Virus record (IMG/VR): IMGVR_UViG_3300044843_001063 | Reading direction: 5' to 3' (one strand) | Length of the DNA stretch: 55,669 nt | Source: an uncultured virus (IMG/VR IMGVR_UViG_3300044843_001063) | Lineage: Duplodnaviria; Heunggongvirae; Uroviricota; Caudoviricetes | Shown: one piece after another, positions 47,464 through 55,669 of the stretch | Layout of the letters: each line of letters opens with the position of its first letter | How positions within the stretch are numbered: the first letter of the stretch is position 1 | Notes under the pieces: model-generated | Database searches by the model: none | Seen by the model: the letters and a program-made list of their open reading frames with translations, nothing else | Told to the model about the DNA's origin: nothing | Translations under genes and position numbers: made by a program

Positions 47464-47494
47464 ATGGTCGTGAAAACTTCACGGCCATTTTTTT
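47464..47494 (+). terminator. Rho-independent terminator
   Basis: ATGGTCGTGAA-AAC-TTCACGGCCAT-TTTTTT. Confidence 0.85.
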
Positions 47495-47532
47495 ATGTGT
47501 ATAAATTTGGCGATAAAATCATATTATTCTAG

Positions 47533-48291
47533 ATGAATAAGCCGGCTTATAAAAAAATATTAGAACATCCAGATAAGGATGAAATTATTTCGAAATTGGT
47601 CATTGGTATTTCTGCCAGTGATATTCATGAATGGTTAAAAATTAAGTATAGTGCTGTGAGTGAAGCTAAATTAGTCTTATCAGAAAAACACATTAAATCT
47701 TTTAATGATAATTATTTAGATTTTTATAATGATATGTTGCAAGACGTTGCGGCTACTAAAACTGGTATGACTAATAAACCAGAAGATGAATTAAAATTAG
47801 CGGTCAGAAATAATCCAACTTATAAAGACGCGTTACTAAAAGTAGCTAATAATGAGTTAGATATTGAACGAATTATGGCCACGATGGCGATTAATGTAGA
47901 AACTCGAATGGCTCAAGTATTTGATGAGATGATGGAAGATCCTCGCAATATTAATACCAAAGTGGATCGATTATTTGCAGAATACGCTGATATTTTAGGT
48001 AATTTATTAGATAAATATCATAAATGGAAAGAAAAACCAGCAGCTGATCAAGTGATTCAGCATAATGTTACTTTACAGGTTGTAGATCAGCATATTTCAG
48101 TATTTCATGATGTAATTAAAGAGGTGTTGTCTCAAATGGATTTAGAGACCTCCATGTACTTTATGGAAGTGTTTGCAGAAAAAATGGCAAAATTAAAACA
48201 ACCGACCCATGAAGCTGGACCCAGTCAAGAAATGAAATTAGCTGAAGCAAAACTATTAAATGAAACTATTAACCAAAAAGTTAATCAATGA
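47533..48291 (+). CDS. Hypothetical helical protein (N-terminal HTH-like; a terminase small subunit-like role is speculative)
   Basis: ORF; architecture only. Confidence 0.6.
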   Translation: MNKPAYKKILEHPDKDEIISKLVIGISASDIHEWLKIKYSAVSEAKLVLSEKHIKSFNDNYLDFYNDMLQDVAATKTGMTNKPEDELKLAVRNNPTYKDALLKVANNELDIERIMATMAINVETRMAQVFDEMMEDPRNINTKVDRLFAEYADILGNLLDKYHKWKEKPAADQVIQHNVTLQVVDQHISVFHDVIKEVLSQMDLETSMYFMEVFAEKMAKLKQPTHEAGPSQEMKLAEAKLLNETINQKVNQ

Positions 48292-50105
48292 AAACCCTGT
48301 TATCTACCTCAACATTAGATCTTCATCCTTACCAAGATGAAGAATTAGAGCTTTCAGACGAAATGAAAGTAAAATTAGAAAAATTAATGGAATTTTTTGA
48401 TGAGTATTCTATTGATTATGATAAATTCAAGTTAGATAATATTCCTACCTTAGATTTTGGTAAGAAGGATGCTTATCCTAATAATCGAGATTATTTTAAT
48501 ATTCCGGGTCAACATAATACTCAGAAGTGGCTAGAAACGGTAAAAAATATTTATCGAAGTGAACAACAAGGTGAAAATAGAGTGCAAGCTATTCGTCGGG
48601 CCACCAATGGTTGGCATATTATGGAAACCTTTGATTTTCTTAATTGGGTGAAGTTTTATGAGTCTGGAGATCATATGAAGTATAAATTTGCCAAATTGTG
48701 GTATGAAAATGATGATTTGGGTCCGGGTTATTTCTTACAAATTAAACAAGATGAATCGGTTCCTGAAAAACACACCTCCGGTCAAGATATTGATTTTGCT
48801 CGAGAAACTGCCGTTTCAGATACTCAAAAACGACAAACAATTGAAAAACAGCGTAATAAAATAATTGGTCGATTAGATTCTGCAGAAAAATTACTACGTT
48901 CTCCAGAAGGCAATATTTTCTCTGGCAAAGAATTCCAATCTTTATTGGAAGCCATTTATGAATTAAAGAAAAAAATTCAAATGATTAATAAGGTTAGCAC
49001 CTCTACTAAATTATATGAAGATATGATTATTAGAGAAGCTAATGTGTTAAATAAACGTGGATTTTATCAAGCTGCTAATTTATTAGCCTCTTATGCTCAA
49101 ACTCCGGCCGCCTCGGGAGAATCGGCGACTGGTACACCCTCCGGAACAGAGGTAGTAGCTCCAGCTTCTGCAGGAGATCCTGCTGGAGCCGGTCATCCAG
49201 GAGCCCCAGGAGGATTACCTTCTACTGGACCCGGCATGGCTCCAGGAACCAGTGCGTCTGGGACAGTAAATACACCACCAGCTATTGAAGAATTTTTATC
49301 TGGTTTAAATAATGGGCAATACGCTCCTAAAGATAAGCAATTATCAGAAGACTCTTTAGAGGTAGAAGATAATTTAGAAGTTAATGAAGAAGAGTTATTA
49401 GTCACTGAAGCTCAACTTGCTACTCCTAAATTAGAAGTGGATGAGCCAATTACTACTTCTCCAGCCCCGGCTCCTTTGGATCCTGCTCCAGTGGCCGCGC
49501 CTACCACTCCAGAGGCAGATCCAGATAAACCAGTCACTAAAGAAGAGTTAGAAATTTCAGAAGAGGATATTGAAAGAGCTAAACATAGAAAATTAACTCC
49601 TAATTTTGACACTAAAGTTAATGAAGTATTCTCTAATATTACTATTGCTGATGTAGTAGTTAAATTAGAAGATTTAGCTAAAATCTTCAAAATTAGAGAA
49701 GTGCCTCGTCAATTAGGCATTGTAGATATGATGTTAGATAGTTTAGGATTAGCCTCTTTCTTCCCCTCCTTATCAGAAGCTACTAATAAAGCTTTAGAAT
49801 CTAATAATTATATTTCTACTCGTTTAGAAGATATTTTATCTAAATTACATGGAGCCATGGCTACCAAAGAAATTGATTTGACGGGAGAAGAACCCCCTTC
49901 CAATCCAGAAGTAGATAAAATTAAAGAAAAATTAAAGCAAGATGAGAATAAAGATAAAGCCAGAAAACAAATGAGAAAACAACAGGAAATGTCGGAATTA
50001 GAAAATAAATCTAAAGAAACTCCTGAAATAGAAATCGAAGAAGATTTATCGGTCCCTCCTGCTCCAGTAGCACCCGTGACACCACCACCCGCCGTCAAAC
50101 CATAA
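48288..50105 (+). CDS. Hypothetical acidic, Pro/Gly-rich protein, possible scaffold or internal head protein
   Basis: Low-complexity linkers between helical blocks. Confidence 0.6.
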   Translation: MKTLLSTSTLDLHPYQDEELELSDEMKVKLEKLMEFFDEYSIDYDKFKLDNIPTLDFGKKDAYPNNRDYFNIPGQHNTQKWLETVKNIYRSEQQGENRVQAIRRATNGWHIMETFDFLNWVKFYESGDHMKYKFAKLWYENDDLGPGYFLQIKQDESVPEKHTSGQDIDFARETAVSDTQKRQTIEKQRNKIIGRLDSAEKLLRSPEGNIFSGKEFQSLLEAIYELKKKIQMINKVSTSTKLYEDMIIREANVLNKRGFYQAANLLASYAQTPAASGESATGTPSGTEVVAPASAGDPAGAGHPGAPGGLPSTGPGMAPGTSASGTVNTPPAIEEFLSGLNNGQYAPKDKQLSEDSLEVEDNLEVNEEELLVTEAQLATPKLEVDEPITTSPAPAPLDPAPVAAPTTPEADPDKPVTKEELEISEEDIERAKHRKLTPNFDTKVNEVFSNITIADVVVKLEDLAKIFKIREVPRQLGIVDMMLDSLGLASFFPSLSEATNKALESNNYISTRLEDILSKLHGAMATKEIDLTGEEPPSNPEVDKIKEKLKQDENKDKARKQMRKQQEMSELENKSKETPEIEIEEDLSVPPAPVAPVTPPPAVKP

Positions 50106-50106
50106 C

Positions 50107-52458
50107 ATGAAATTACGTAATTTATTAGATCAAATGCAATCTATATCTAATAAAATCGGCTCGTCTCAGCCGATGATCTGTGGAGGTACGCCTCGGGATC
50201 AGTATATGGAAAGATTAGATCATATTGCTGATCTAGATATTACTACTGGAGATAAAAAAGTACAATTTTTAGCGCAAGAATTTGGTAATGCATTAGCTAA
50301 ACAATATGATGTCACGACTAAAATTCATGAAGATGGTCACGGAACTATTTATTTAGGTGATTTTAAAATTGATTTTTCTTCCAATTTTAATATTCCTAAT
50401 ATTGATAATATTTTGATTAAACAAGGTATTACTAAGCCAACTAGTATGCAAAAAGAAATGTTTAGTCGAGATTTTACTTGTAATTCATTATTATTATCCT
50501 TAGATCTAAAAAATGTCATCGATCCTACTTATCACGGATTACAAGATATTGATCAGAAAATAATTAGAACTTGTTTATCTCCAGAAATTACTTTATTAAC
50601 TAATAAAAATAGAGTGGTTCGTGCTATTTATTTGGCCTCCAAATTAGATTTTAATATTGATCCCAATATTATCAGCTATGTGGCGGCACATCCAGAGTCA
50701 GTAAAAATCTCGACTCCTAAATCTTTAACAGAAAAACTAAATTCTGCTTTTGAATTTAATCCGGAACGTGCCGCTTTTTATCTGACTCAGATGAATTTGT
50801 GGAATTATGTTCCTATTACTCCTGTTATGAGACCATTTTTTATGAAAAAAAATACCACCGTTTCTTATATTTTATCTAAATATGCTGCCATTTCATCCGT
50901 GTCAGAAGCCAAACAATTGTTTGGTTTATTGGAAAATTTTACAGAAGAAGATGTAAAAAAGAAATATAAAGAATTAGTGGTGAAAAATTATCCCGATGTT
51001 AATCCTGTTAATGGTCATGAGAAAATGTTAGATATTACTCAAGCTAAAGAAATACTATTAAAAAGCCTGACTACTCCAGAGCCTGTATTATTAAAGGAAG
51101 AAGAACCATGGAGACATTCTTATCATACGCCTGTCTCTGAATATATGGATGATGAAAAATGGGAATATTATACCAATCCAGAAATATTTAAACAATATCA
51201 AAAAGATTTTGAAGCTGAGCAAAATTATCATCAATATGATGAGGATAGTTCAAGATTAAGAGAACAAGCAGAAGAAGATAGAATTTATAATCTCAGAGAT
51301 AATATCGTCTCTATTTTAGAAAAAGTTAACCCGAATAAATTAGTAGAAGATTTTGGAGTGGATCTCGATGCCACTTCAATAAAAGAACTAGGTTTAGGTA
51401 ATTTAGCCTCAAATCAAGATGGAATAGAATTAAGTGATTTAATTTCAGCGGCTATTCTCGAGATCATCTATTATGACCATCCTAAATATTTACCTAAATT
51501 ATTAGAATTAGATTATTTTAAAAATGCAGTTCGTTCAAATAATTATATGAACAAGAACATGTCAGACTTGCTAAACAAGATAGATAATGAAAATATTAAT
51601 AAATTATTTTTGACCAGTAAACTTTCTCTTAAAGATTTATCTAATTATCGAGATGAGCAGGGTATTATTGATGTGTTATTAAATAATCAAAATAAAGTAG
51701 TTACTGATTTATTGCAAGCTAAAAATCCACTAGATATGGTAGTTTGGTTTAGCGCTCCAGTGTTAAAAAATGTTTCTTACATCTTGCTAGACCAAGAACA
51801 AACTAAGCCGATAGTAAAATTATTAGATTTGGTTAAGAGACAATTAAACCAAAAAATAAAAACAGCTTATTTTCAAGGTGGGGGAGGAGTCAACGAACCC
51901 ACTCCGAAAAAACGAAAATATAAAATAGATCCGGCCGAAGTAGTCCAGCCGAGATTTGAAGAGCCGTTTTATCGTAATTATGATCTATATAATGTTCCTG
52001 GTAAATATGGTCCGGGCACTAGAAAAAATCCTAAAAACTTAAAAGGCAAATATAAAGCTAAAAAAACTGCTCGAACTAAAGTCTTATCTAATCTCTTAAA
52101 AGTAGCCATTGACTTTCCTTCTGATAACCAAGTTAATCCAGAATTAATTACTGGTCAGCAAAATAACTTAATGGAATATCTTAATCCGGCCGGAGGATAT
52201 TTAGATAAATATCTTCCTGATAATGATTTGGAAGATAAAGACCCCACCAAATTAAACTTTGGTCGAGATTATGCCGATCAACCCACAGGGCCTAAAATCG
52301 ATAATATTGAAAAATTATTAGAACAATATTTGCCGACTGATTTGTATGGATTACCAGATGGAGTCGATGTCACAGAAGAAGAATTAGACCAACCTAATGA
52401 TATTAATCCATTTTATGGTACCTTAGGCCCTAATAGTTTGATTCATCAACGCTACTAA
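50107..52458 (+). CDS. CCA-adding/poly(A) polymerase-family nucleotidyltransferase fused to a degenerate J domain and an acidic tail
   Basis: CGGTPRD...DLDI...RDFTCNSL...DP...GLQDI...R..RAI; then VKKKYKELV.KNYPD.NP......M..I..A.EIL. Confidence 0.8.
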   Translation: MKLRNLLDQMQSISNKIGSSQPMICGGTPRDQYMERLDHIADLDITTGDKKVQFLAQEFGNALAKQYDVTTKIHEDGHGTIYLGDFKIDFSSNFNIPNIDNILIKQGITKPTSMQKEMFSRDFTCNSLLLSLDLKNVIDPTYHGLQDIDQKIIRTCLSPEITLLTNKNRVVRAIYLASKLDFNIDPNIISYVAAHPESVKISTPKSLTEKLNSAFEFNPERAAFYLTQMNLWNYVPITPVMRPFFMKKNTTVSYILSKYAAISSVSEAKQLFGLLENFTEEDVKKKYKELVVKNYPDVNPVNGHEKMLDITQAKEILLKSLTTPEPVLLKEEEPWRHSYHTPVSEYMDDEKWEYYTNPEIFKQYQKDFEAEQNYHQYDEDSSRLREQAEEDRIYNLRDNIVSILEKVNPNKLVEDFGVDLDATSIKELGLGNLASNQDGIELSDLISAAILEIIYYDHPKYLPKLLELDYFKNAVRSNNYMNKNMSDLLNKIDNENINKLFLTSKLSLKDLSNYRDEQGIIDVLLNNQNKVVTDLLQAKNPLDMVVWFSAPVLKNVSYILLDQEQTKPIVKLLDLVKRQLNQKIKTAYFQGGGGVNEPTPKKRKYKIDPAEVVQPRFEEPFYRNYDLYNVPGKYGPGTRKNPKNLKGKYKAKKTARTKVLSNLLKVAIDFPSDNQVNPELITGQQNNLMEYLNPAGGYLDKYLPDNDLEDKDPTKLNFGRDYADQPTGPKIDNIEKLLEQYLPTDLYGLPDGVDVTEEELDQPNDINPFYGTLGPNSLIHQRY

Positions 52459-52473
52459 TGTTATAGATCCAGG

Positions 52474-53583
52474 ATGAGTCAACGGTCCTCTTTAATGGCT
52501 TGGACTCAAGCCGCTCTCGCTAAACATCATAATTACTATGATTATTCTGCGGCAGTGTACCGTGGCAGTGATAGTAAAATTACTATTATTTGTCCGATTC
52601 ATGGTAAATTTGAACAAACTGCCGGATCACATTTAAAAGGTCATGGTTGTTCAGTCTGCTCGTATCAACAACGAGGCCGGCAAAAATCTTTGACCTTATC
52701 TCAATTTGTAGAAAAATCTCAATTAATCCATGGAGTTACTTATGATTATTCATTAGTAACATTTGTTAATATTTTAACAAAAGTTAAGATAATTTGTTCT
52801 ATTCACGGAGAATTTGAAATTCTACCCAAATTCCATTTAGCCGGCCATGGATGTCAGCAATGCGGAAAAATAAATAAATCTAATAAACTGCGAGCTTCTA
52901 CTCAAGATTTTATTGAAAAAAGTGAGAAAATACATGATCATAAATATGATTATCATCAAGTAAATTATATAACTTCTAAGCATAAAGTAACTATTACTTG
53001 TCCACTTCACGGTAATTTTAATCAAGTAGCTGGAGATCATTTAGCTGGTTATGGTTGCCCGAAATGTTCCAAATTATACCGTCCGACTACTGCAGAATTT
53101 ATTGCCAGCGCACAATTAATTCATCAATTCAAATATGATTATAGTTTAGTCAATTATCAATCCAGTAAAATTAAAATTCCCATTATTTGTTCCGTCCATG
53201 GGACTTTTTGGCAAACACCTCATGCTCATATTATTGGCAAATGTGGATGCCCTAATTGTAGTAATTGGAGTTCTAAAAAAGAACAAGCTTGGATTCAATC
53301 CTTAAATAATCCGAATCTTAAACTTCAACAAACTATCAAAATTAATAATCGAATCTTTAAGGTGGATGGGTTTGATCCTGCTACTAATACTATTTACGAA
53401 TTTTACGGAGATTTTTGGCACGGCAATCCTCAAGTCTATTCAGCTGAAGCGGTAAATTCCATTAATAAAAAGAAATTTGGAGAGCTGTATTTAGCTACGT
53501 TGGAGAAAGAAAATATATTGAAAAATCATTACCATTTAGTCCATATTTGGGAATATGATTGGGATTTGTTAACAAAAACCTGA
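52474..53583 (+). CDS. Putative homing endonuclease: four DUF723-like zinc repeats plus a PD-(D/E)XK/Vsr-like domain
   Basis: YDYS.V.Y......I.C..HG.F......H..G.GC..C four times; KVDGF...IYEFYGDFWHG..IWEYDW. Confidence 0.85.
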   Translation: MSQRSSLMAWTQAALAKHHNYYDYSAAVYRGSDSKITIICPIHGKFEQTAGSHLKGHGCSVCSYQQRGRQKSLTLSQFVEKSQLIHGVTYDYSLVTFVNILTKVKIICSIHGEFEILPKFHLAGHGCQQCGKINKSNKLRASTQDFIEKSEKIHDHKYDYHQVNYITSKHKVTITCPLHGNFNQVAGDHLAGYGCPKCSKLYRPTTAEFIASAQLIHQFKYDYSLVNYQSSKIKIPIICSVHGTFWQTPHAHIIGKCGCPNCSNWSSKKEQAWIQSLNNPNLKLQQTIKINNRIFKVDGFDPATNTIYEFYGDFWHGNPQVYSAEAVNSINKKKFGELYLATLEKENILKNHYHLVHIWEYDWDLLTKT

Positions 53584-53624
53584 ATAATTTAACATATTAA
53601 AAGATAATCAATTGAGGTACATAA

Positions 53625-54518
53625 ATGTTAAAATCTATCGCTCAAGAATTAGTAATTGTTGATCCTCCTTCGCAGGAACCGCCGTTAATGTTAGAAATGA
53701 GCGATTCCTCACCAGAAGATGGTCTGGATCCGGTAGAAGTATATGATAATTCTATAACTAATCTTCATATTGTCATGGAATTACCTGGAGCCCCACCTGG
53801 CACTCAAGACCCTGAACCAGTCTTAGAGGTCTCGGAAGAAGAACCAGAAGAAAAACTATCTGAGAAAGAATCAGATGAAAATGATGCTAAAGCAGCTAAA
53901 AATGAAAAATGGAACTGGGCTAAACATGGGCCTACGGGATTTATTGCTTGGGTCAAGGAGCGATGTGATGATGTGCCGAAACATTCGGGTTATGATTCGG
54001 CCGGTTTAGAGCGCGCTATTGCCTACCTAGAGCGGCTCGATAGCGAAGTCTCCAAAGCCATGCGCCTCGACATTGATGGAGAATTAGACGCCAATCAAGT
54101 AGAAAAAGTGAGAGCGGTCATTGATAACGGGACAGAGCGCTTATTAGATCGTTTAGATAAAGTAAAAAAGAATAAGAAAAAGAGTCGTAAAAAGAAAGCC
54201 GATGTCACGGATAGTTTGGTGAAAGAGGCTCAAAAAATTACTGGAGTGCAAGGCGTATTTGTGACGGTACCCTTGCTAATTTCTAGAATAGCTAGAGTAT
54301 GTATTAATGGTATGGTCTCTGGTGGCCATGATATTGAAGATTTATATGAGCGACAAGTTAAGTTCTATAAATTAAATGATCGTGAACAAGCAGAAGTAAT
54401 GCAACTATTATCTGATATGGGTTATGCTTTAAAGCAAGACCGTGGATTTATGCCAGAAGATGATTTACATATTGACGATAGTAGCAATATGGATTTTGCC
54501 GCTAACTATAAGGGTTAA
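53625..54518 (+). CDS. Hypothetical protein, possible virion/assembly protein
   Basis: GAGGT SD; acidic N-terminus, helical core. Confidence 0.7.
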   Translation: MLKSIAQELVIVDPPSQEPPLMLEMSDSSPEDGLDPVEVYDNSITNLHIVMELPGAPPGTQDPEPVLEVSEEEPEEKLSEKESDENDAKAAKNEKWNWAKHGPTGFIAWVKERCDDVPKHSGYDSAGLERAIAYLERLDSEVSKAMRLDIDGELDANQVEKVRAVIDNGTERLLDRLDKVKKNKKKSRKKKADVTDSLVKEAQKITGVQGVFVTVPLLISRIARVCINGMVSGGHDIEDLYERQVKFYKLNDREQAEVMQLLSDMGYALKQDRGFMPEDDLHIDDSSNMDFAANYKG

Positions 54519-54520
54519 TT

Positions 54521-55468
54521 ATGCCTCGCTATACTCGACACCAATCTATCATTTCCCGCCATTCGGATGAATCAATTTCAGATGAGATGTGGTTACATAA
54601 AGTAAAGAATAATTTACAAAAGGGAGCGGTACAACCTCGAAGCCAAGATTCCCTATTTGATCAAATTAATTCTATTATGAATGGAAATGCTAAGTCAAAA
54701 TATTCTTCAGTCGAAGCGGCAGTAGAAGATATGAAGGCTCGAAGTGGATTAACTGAGTATTTAAAGAAATCTAGCGATCACAGCAAAATCAAACAAGCCT
54801 CGGCTGAAATGGACCAATTACATAGTCAGATCAAATCAGCTGCTGCTTCGGAAGATTGGTATCAAGTTGGTTATTTAATGGGTAAATTAGATAGTCATCA
54901 AGGACAAGTATTAACGGCCGTTGAATCGTTAAAAAACATTAAAAAGTTTGAAGACCCAGAATTGAATAAGATTCAACCTCCGATGAATAAATGGTTAGCT
55001 TATACTATGGGATATAGTACGGGGACTAATAAAAACGAAGAAGAGTTTAAGACTGACATGAAGCATACCATGTCAGTTATTAACCGTATTAATTTAAAGA
55101 AAAAAGCTTTAGATAATAATGCGGTGATGGATAAGAATACTGATGATACACCAATAGTAATTAAAAAGTATCCGACGATCATGAATACTATTCAAAATTA
55201 TATTCGTGATACCAAGGGAAATTTACCTGTACCGGCTATTTTAGATAAAATTAGATCTATTCATCAAGCTGATTGTTCCGATGGTGCCGATTGGGAAGAT
55301 GAGAAATTAATTAGATTAGTGAGTCGTCTTAATTTAGAAGCTAAGAAGAGTAATCCTGATAATTATATGAATTATACTAATTTGGGCTCTCATGATAATA
55401 GTTCTAATTCAGAGATTGATCCGGCTAATACTGATGCATTTTTTGGATTAAATCCCGCCAAAATGTAA
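54521..55468 (+). CDS. Hypothetical protein
   Basis: ORF. Confidence 0.7.
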   Translation: MPRYTRHQSIISRHSDESISDEMWLHKVKNNLQKGAVQPRSQDSLFDQINSIMNGNAKSKYSSVEAAVEDMKARSGLTEYLKKSSDHSKIKQASAEMDQLHSQIKSAAASEDWYQVGYLMGKLDSHQGQVLTAVESLKNIKKFEDPELNKIQPPMNKWLAYTMGYSTGTNKNEEEFKTDMKHTMSVINRINLKKKALDNNAVMDKNTDDTPIVIKKYPTIMNTIQNYIRDTKGNLPVPAILDKIRSIHQADCSDGADWEDEKLIRLVSRLNLEAKKSNPDNYMNYTNLGSHDNSSNSEIDPANTDAFFGLNPAKM

Positions 55469-55469
55469 C

Positions 55470-55669
55470 ATGGGCAAGCCAAAATCCAACACGGCAGAAT
55501 TTATTGCTAAAAGCAATAAAAAACATCGTCATTTTTATGATTATCAACAAGTGGATTATATTACTCAACATATTCCAGTCGTTATCAAGTGTCCTATTCA
55601 CGGATTTTTTACTCAAAAACCAAAAGCACATTTACGGTATGGATGTAATAAGTGTGCCCAAGAAGTAAG
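55470..55669 (+). CDS. Partial DUF723-like zinc-repeat endonuclease (paralog of 52474), runs off the window
   Basis: Hand translation: MGKPKSNTAEFIAKS...FYDYQQVDY....VVIKCPIHGFFTQKPKAHLRYGCNKC. Confidence 0.8.
   Translation, partial: MGKPKSNTAEFIAKSNKKHRHFYDYQQVDYITQHIPVVIKCPIHGFFTQKPKAHLRYGCNKCAQEV

Noticed and set aside
49193..50098. Minus-strand ORFs within the 48288 gene and similar short shadows (110, 6204, 17852, 19155, 25534, 30335, 32623, 55000, 55425)
   Set aside because: They overlap better-supported + strand genes and show no recognisable motifs.
1..55669. Bacterial chromosome (for example a reduced-genome bacterium)
   Set aside because: Housekeeping homologs are divergent, out of operon context and mixed with phage-type genes (dNMP kinase, gp32-like SSB, many homing nucleases). 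However, no capsid or large terminase gene is recognisable here, so phage origin remains an inference.

Overview
An AT-rich, gene-dense segment, almost entirely on the + strand and read with the standard genetic code. It looks like the replication/recombination module of a large (jumbo/huge) bacteriophage rather than a cellular chromosome. Replication and repair genes: TopA, SbcCD, dNMP kinase, a RecB/Cas4-like nuclease, DnaE, RecA, a gp32-like SSB, RuvC, and a primase split into two distant genes. Host-like translation and folding genes: bS21, peptide deformylase, trigger factor, DnaJ and a CCA/poly(A)-type nucleotidyltransferase. Probable virion/internal proteins lie at the right end. Mobile DNA is abundant: about nine free-standing or fused homing-type nucleases, a LAGLIDADG intein, a Ser1/Ser+1 split intein that fractures dnaE around an endonuclease gene, a TnpB-only IS200/IS605 element and two orphan IS-end hairpins. 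The most unusual signals are (1) an eight-gene array of 23-aa HREDGPA-repeat proteins with hypervariable positions, variable repeat number and a constant C-terminal tail; (2) sharp G-ending to C-ending codon flips inside conserved genes near homing nucleases, possibly scars of their cut sites; (3) an in-frame endonuclease-RecA fusion; and (4) recurrent K-x-A motifs at domain boundaries in the right-end proteins. All family calls come from motif reading by eye; no database search was run.
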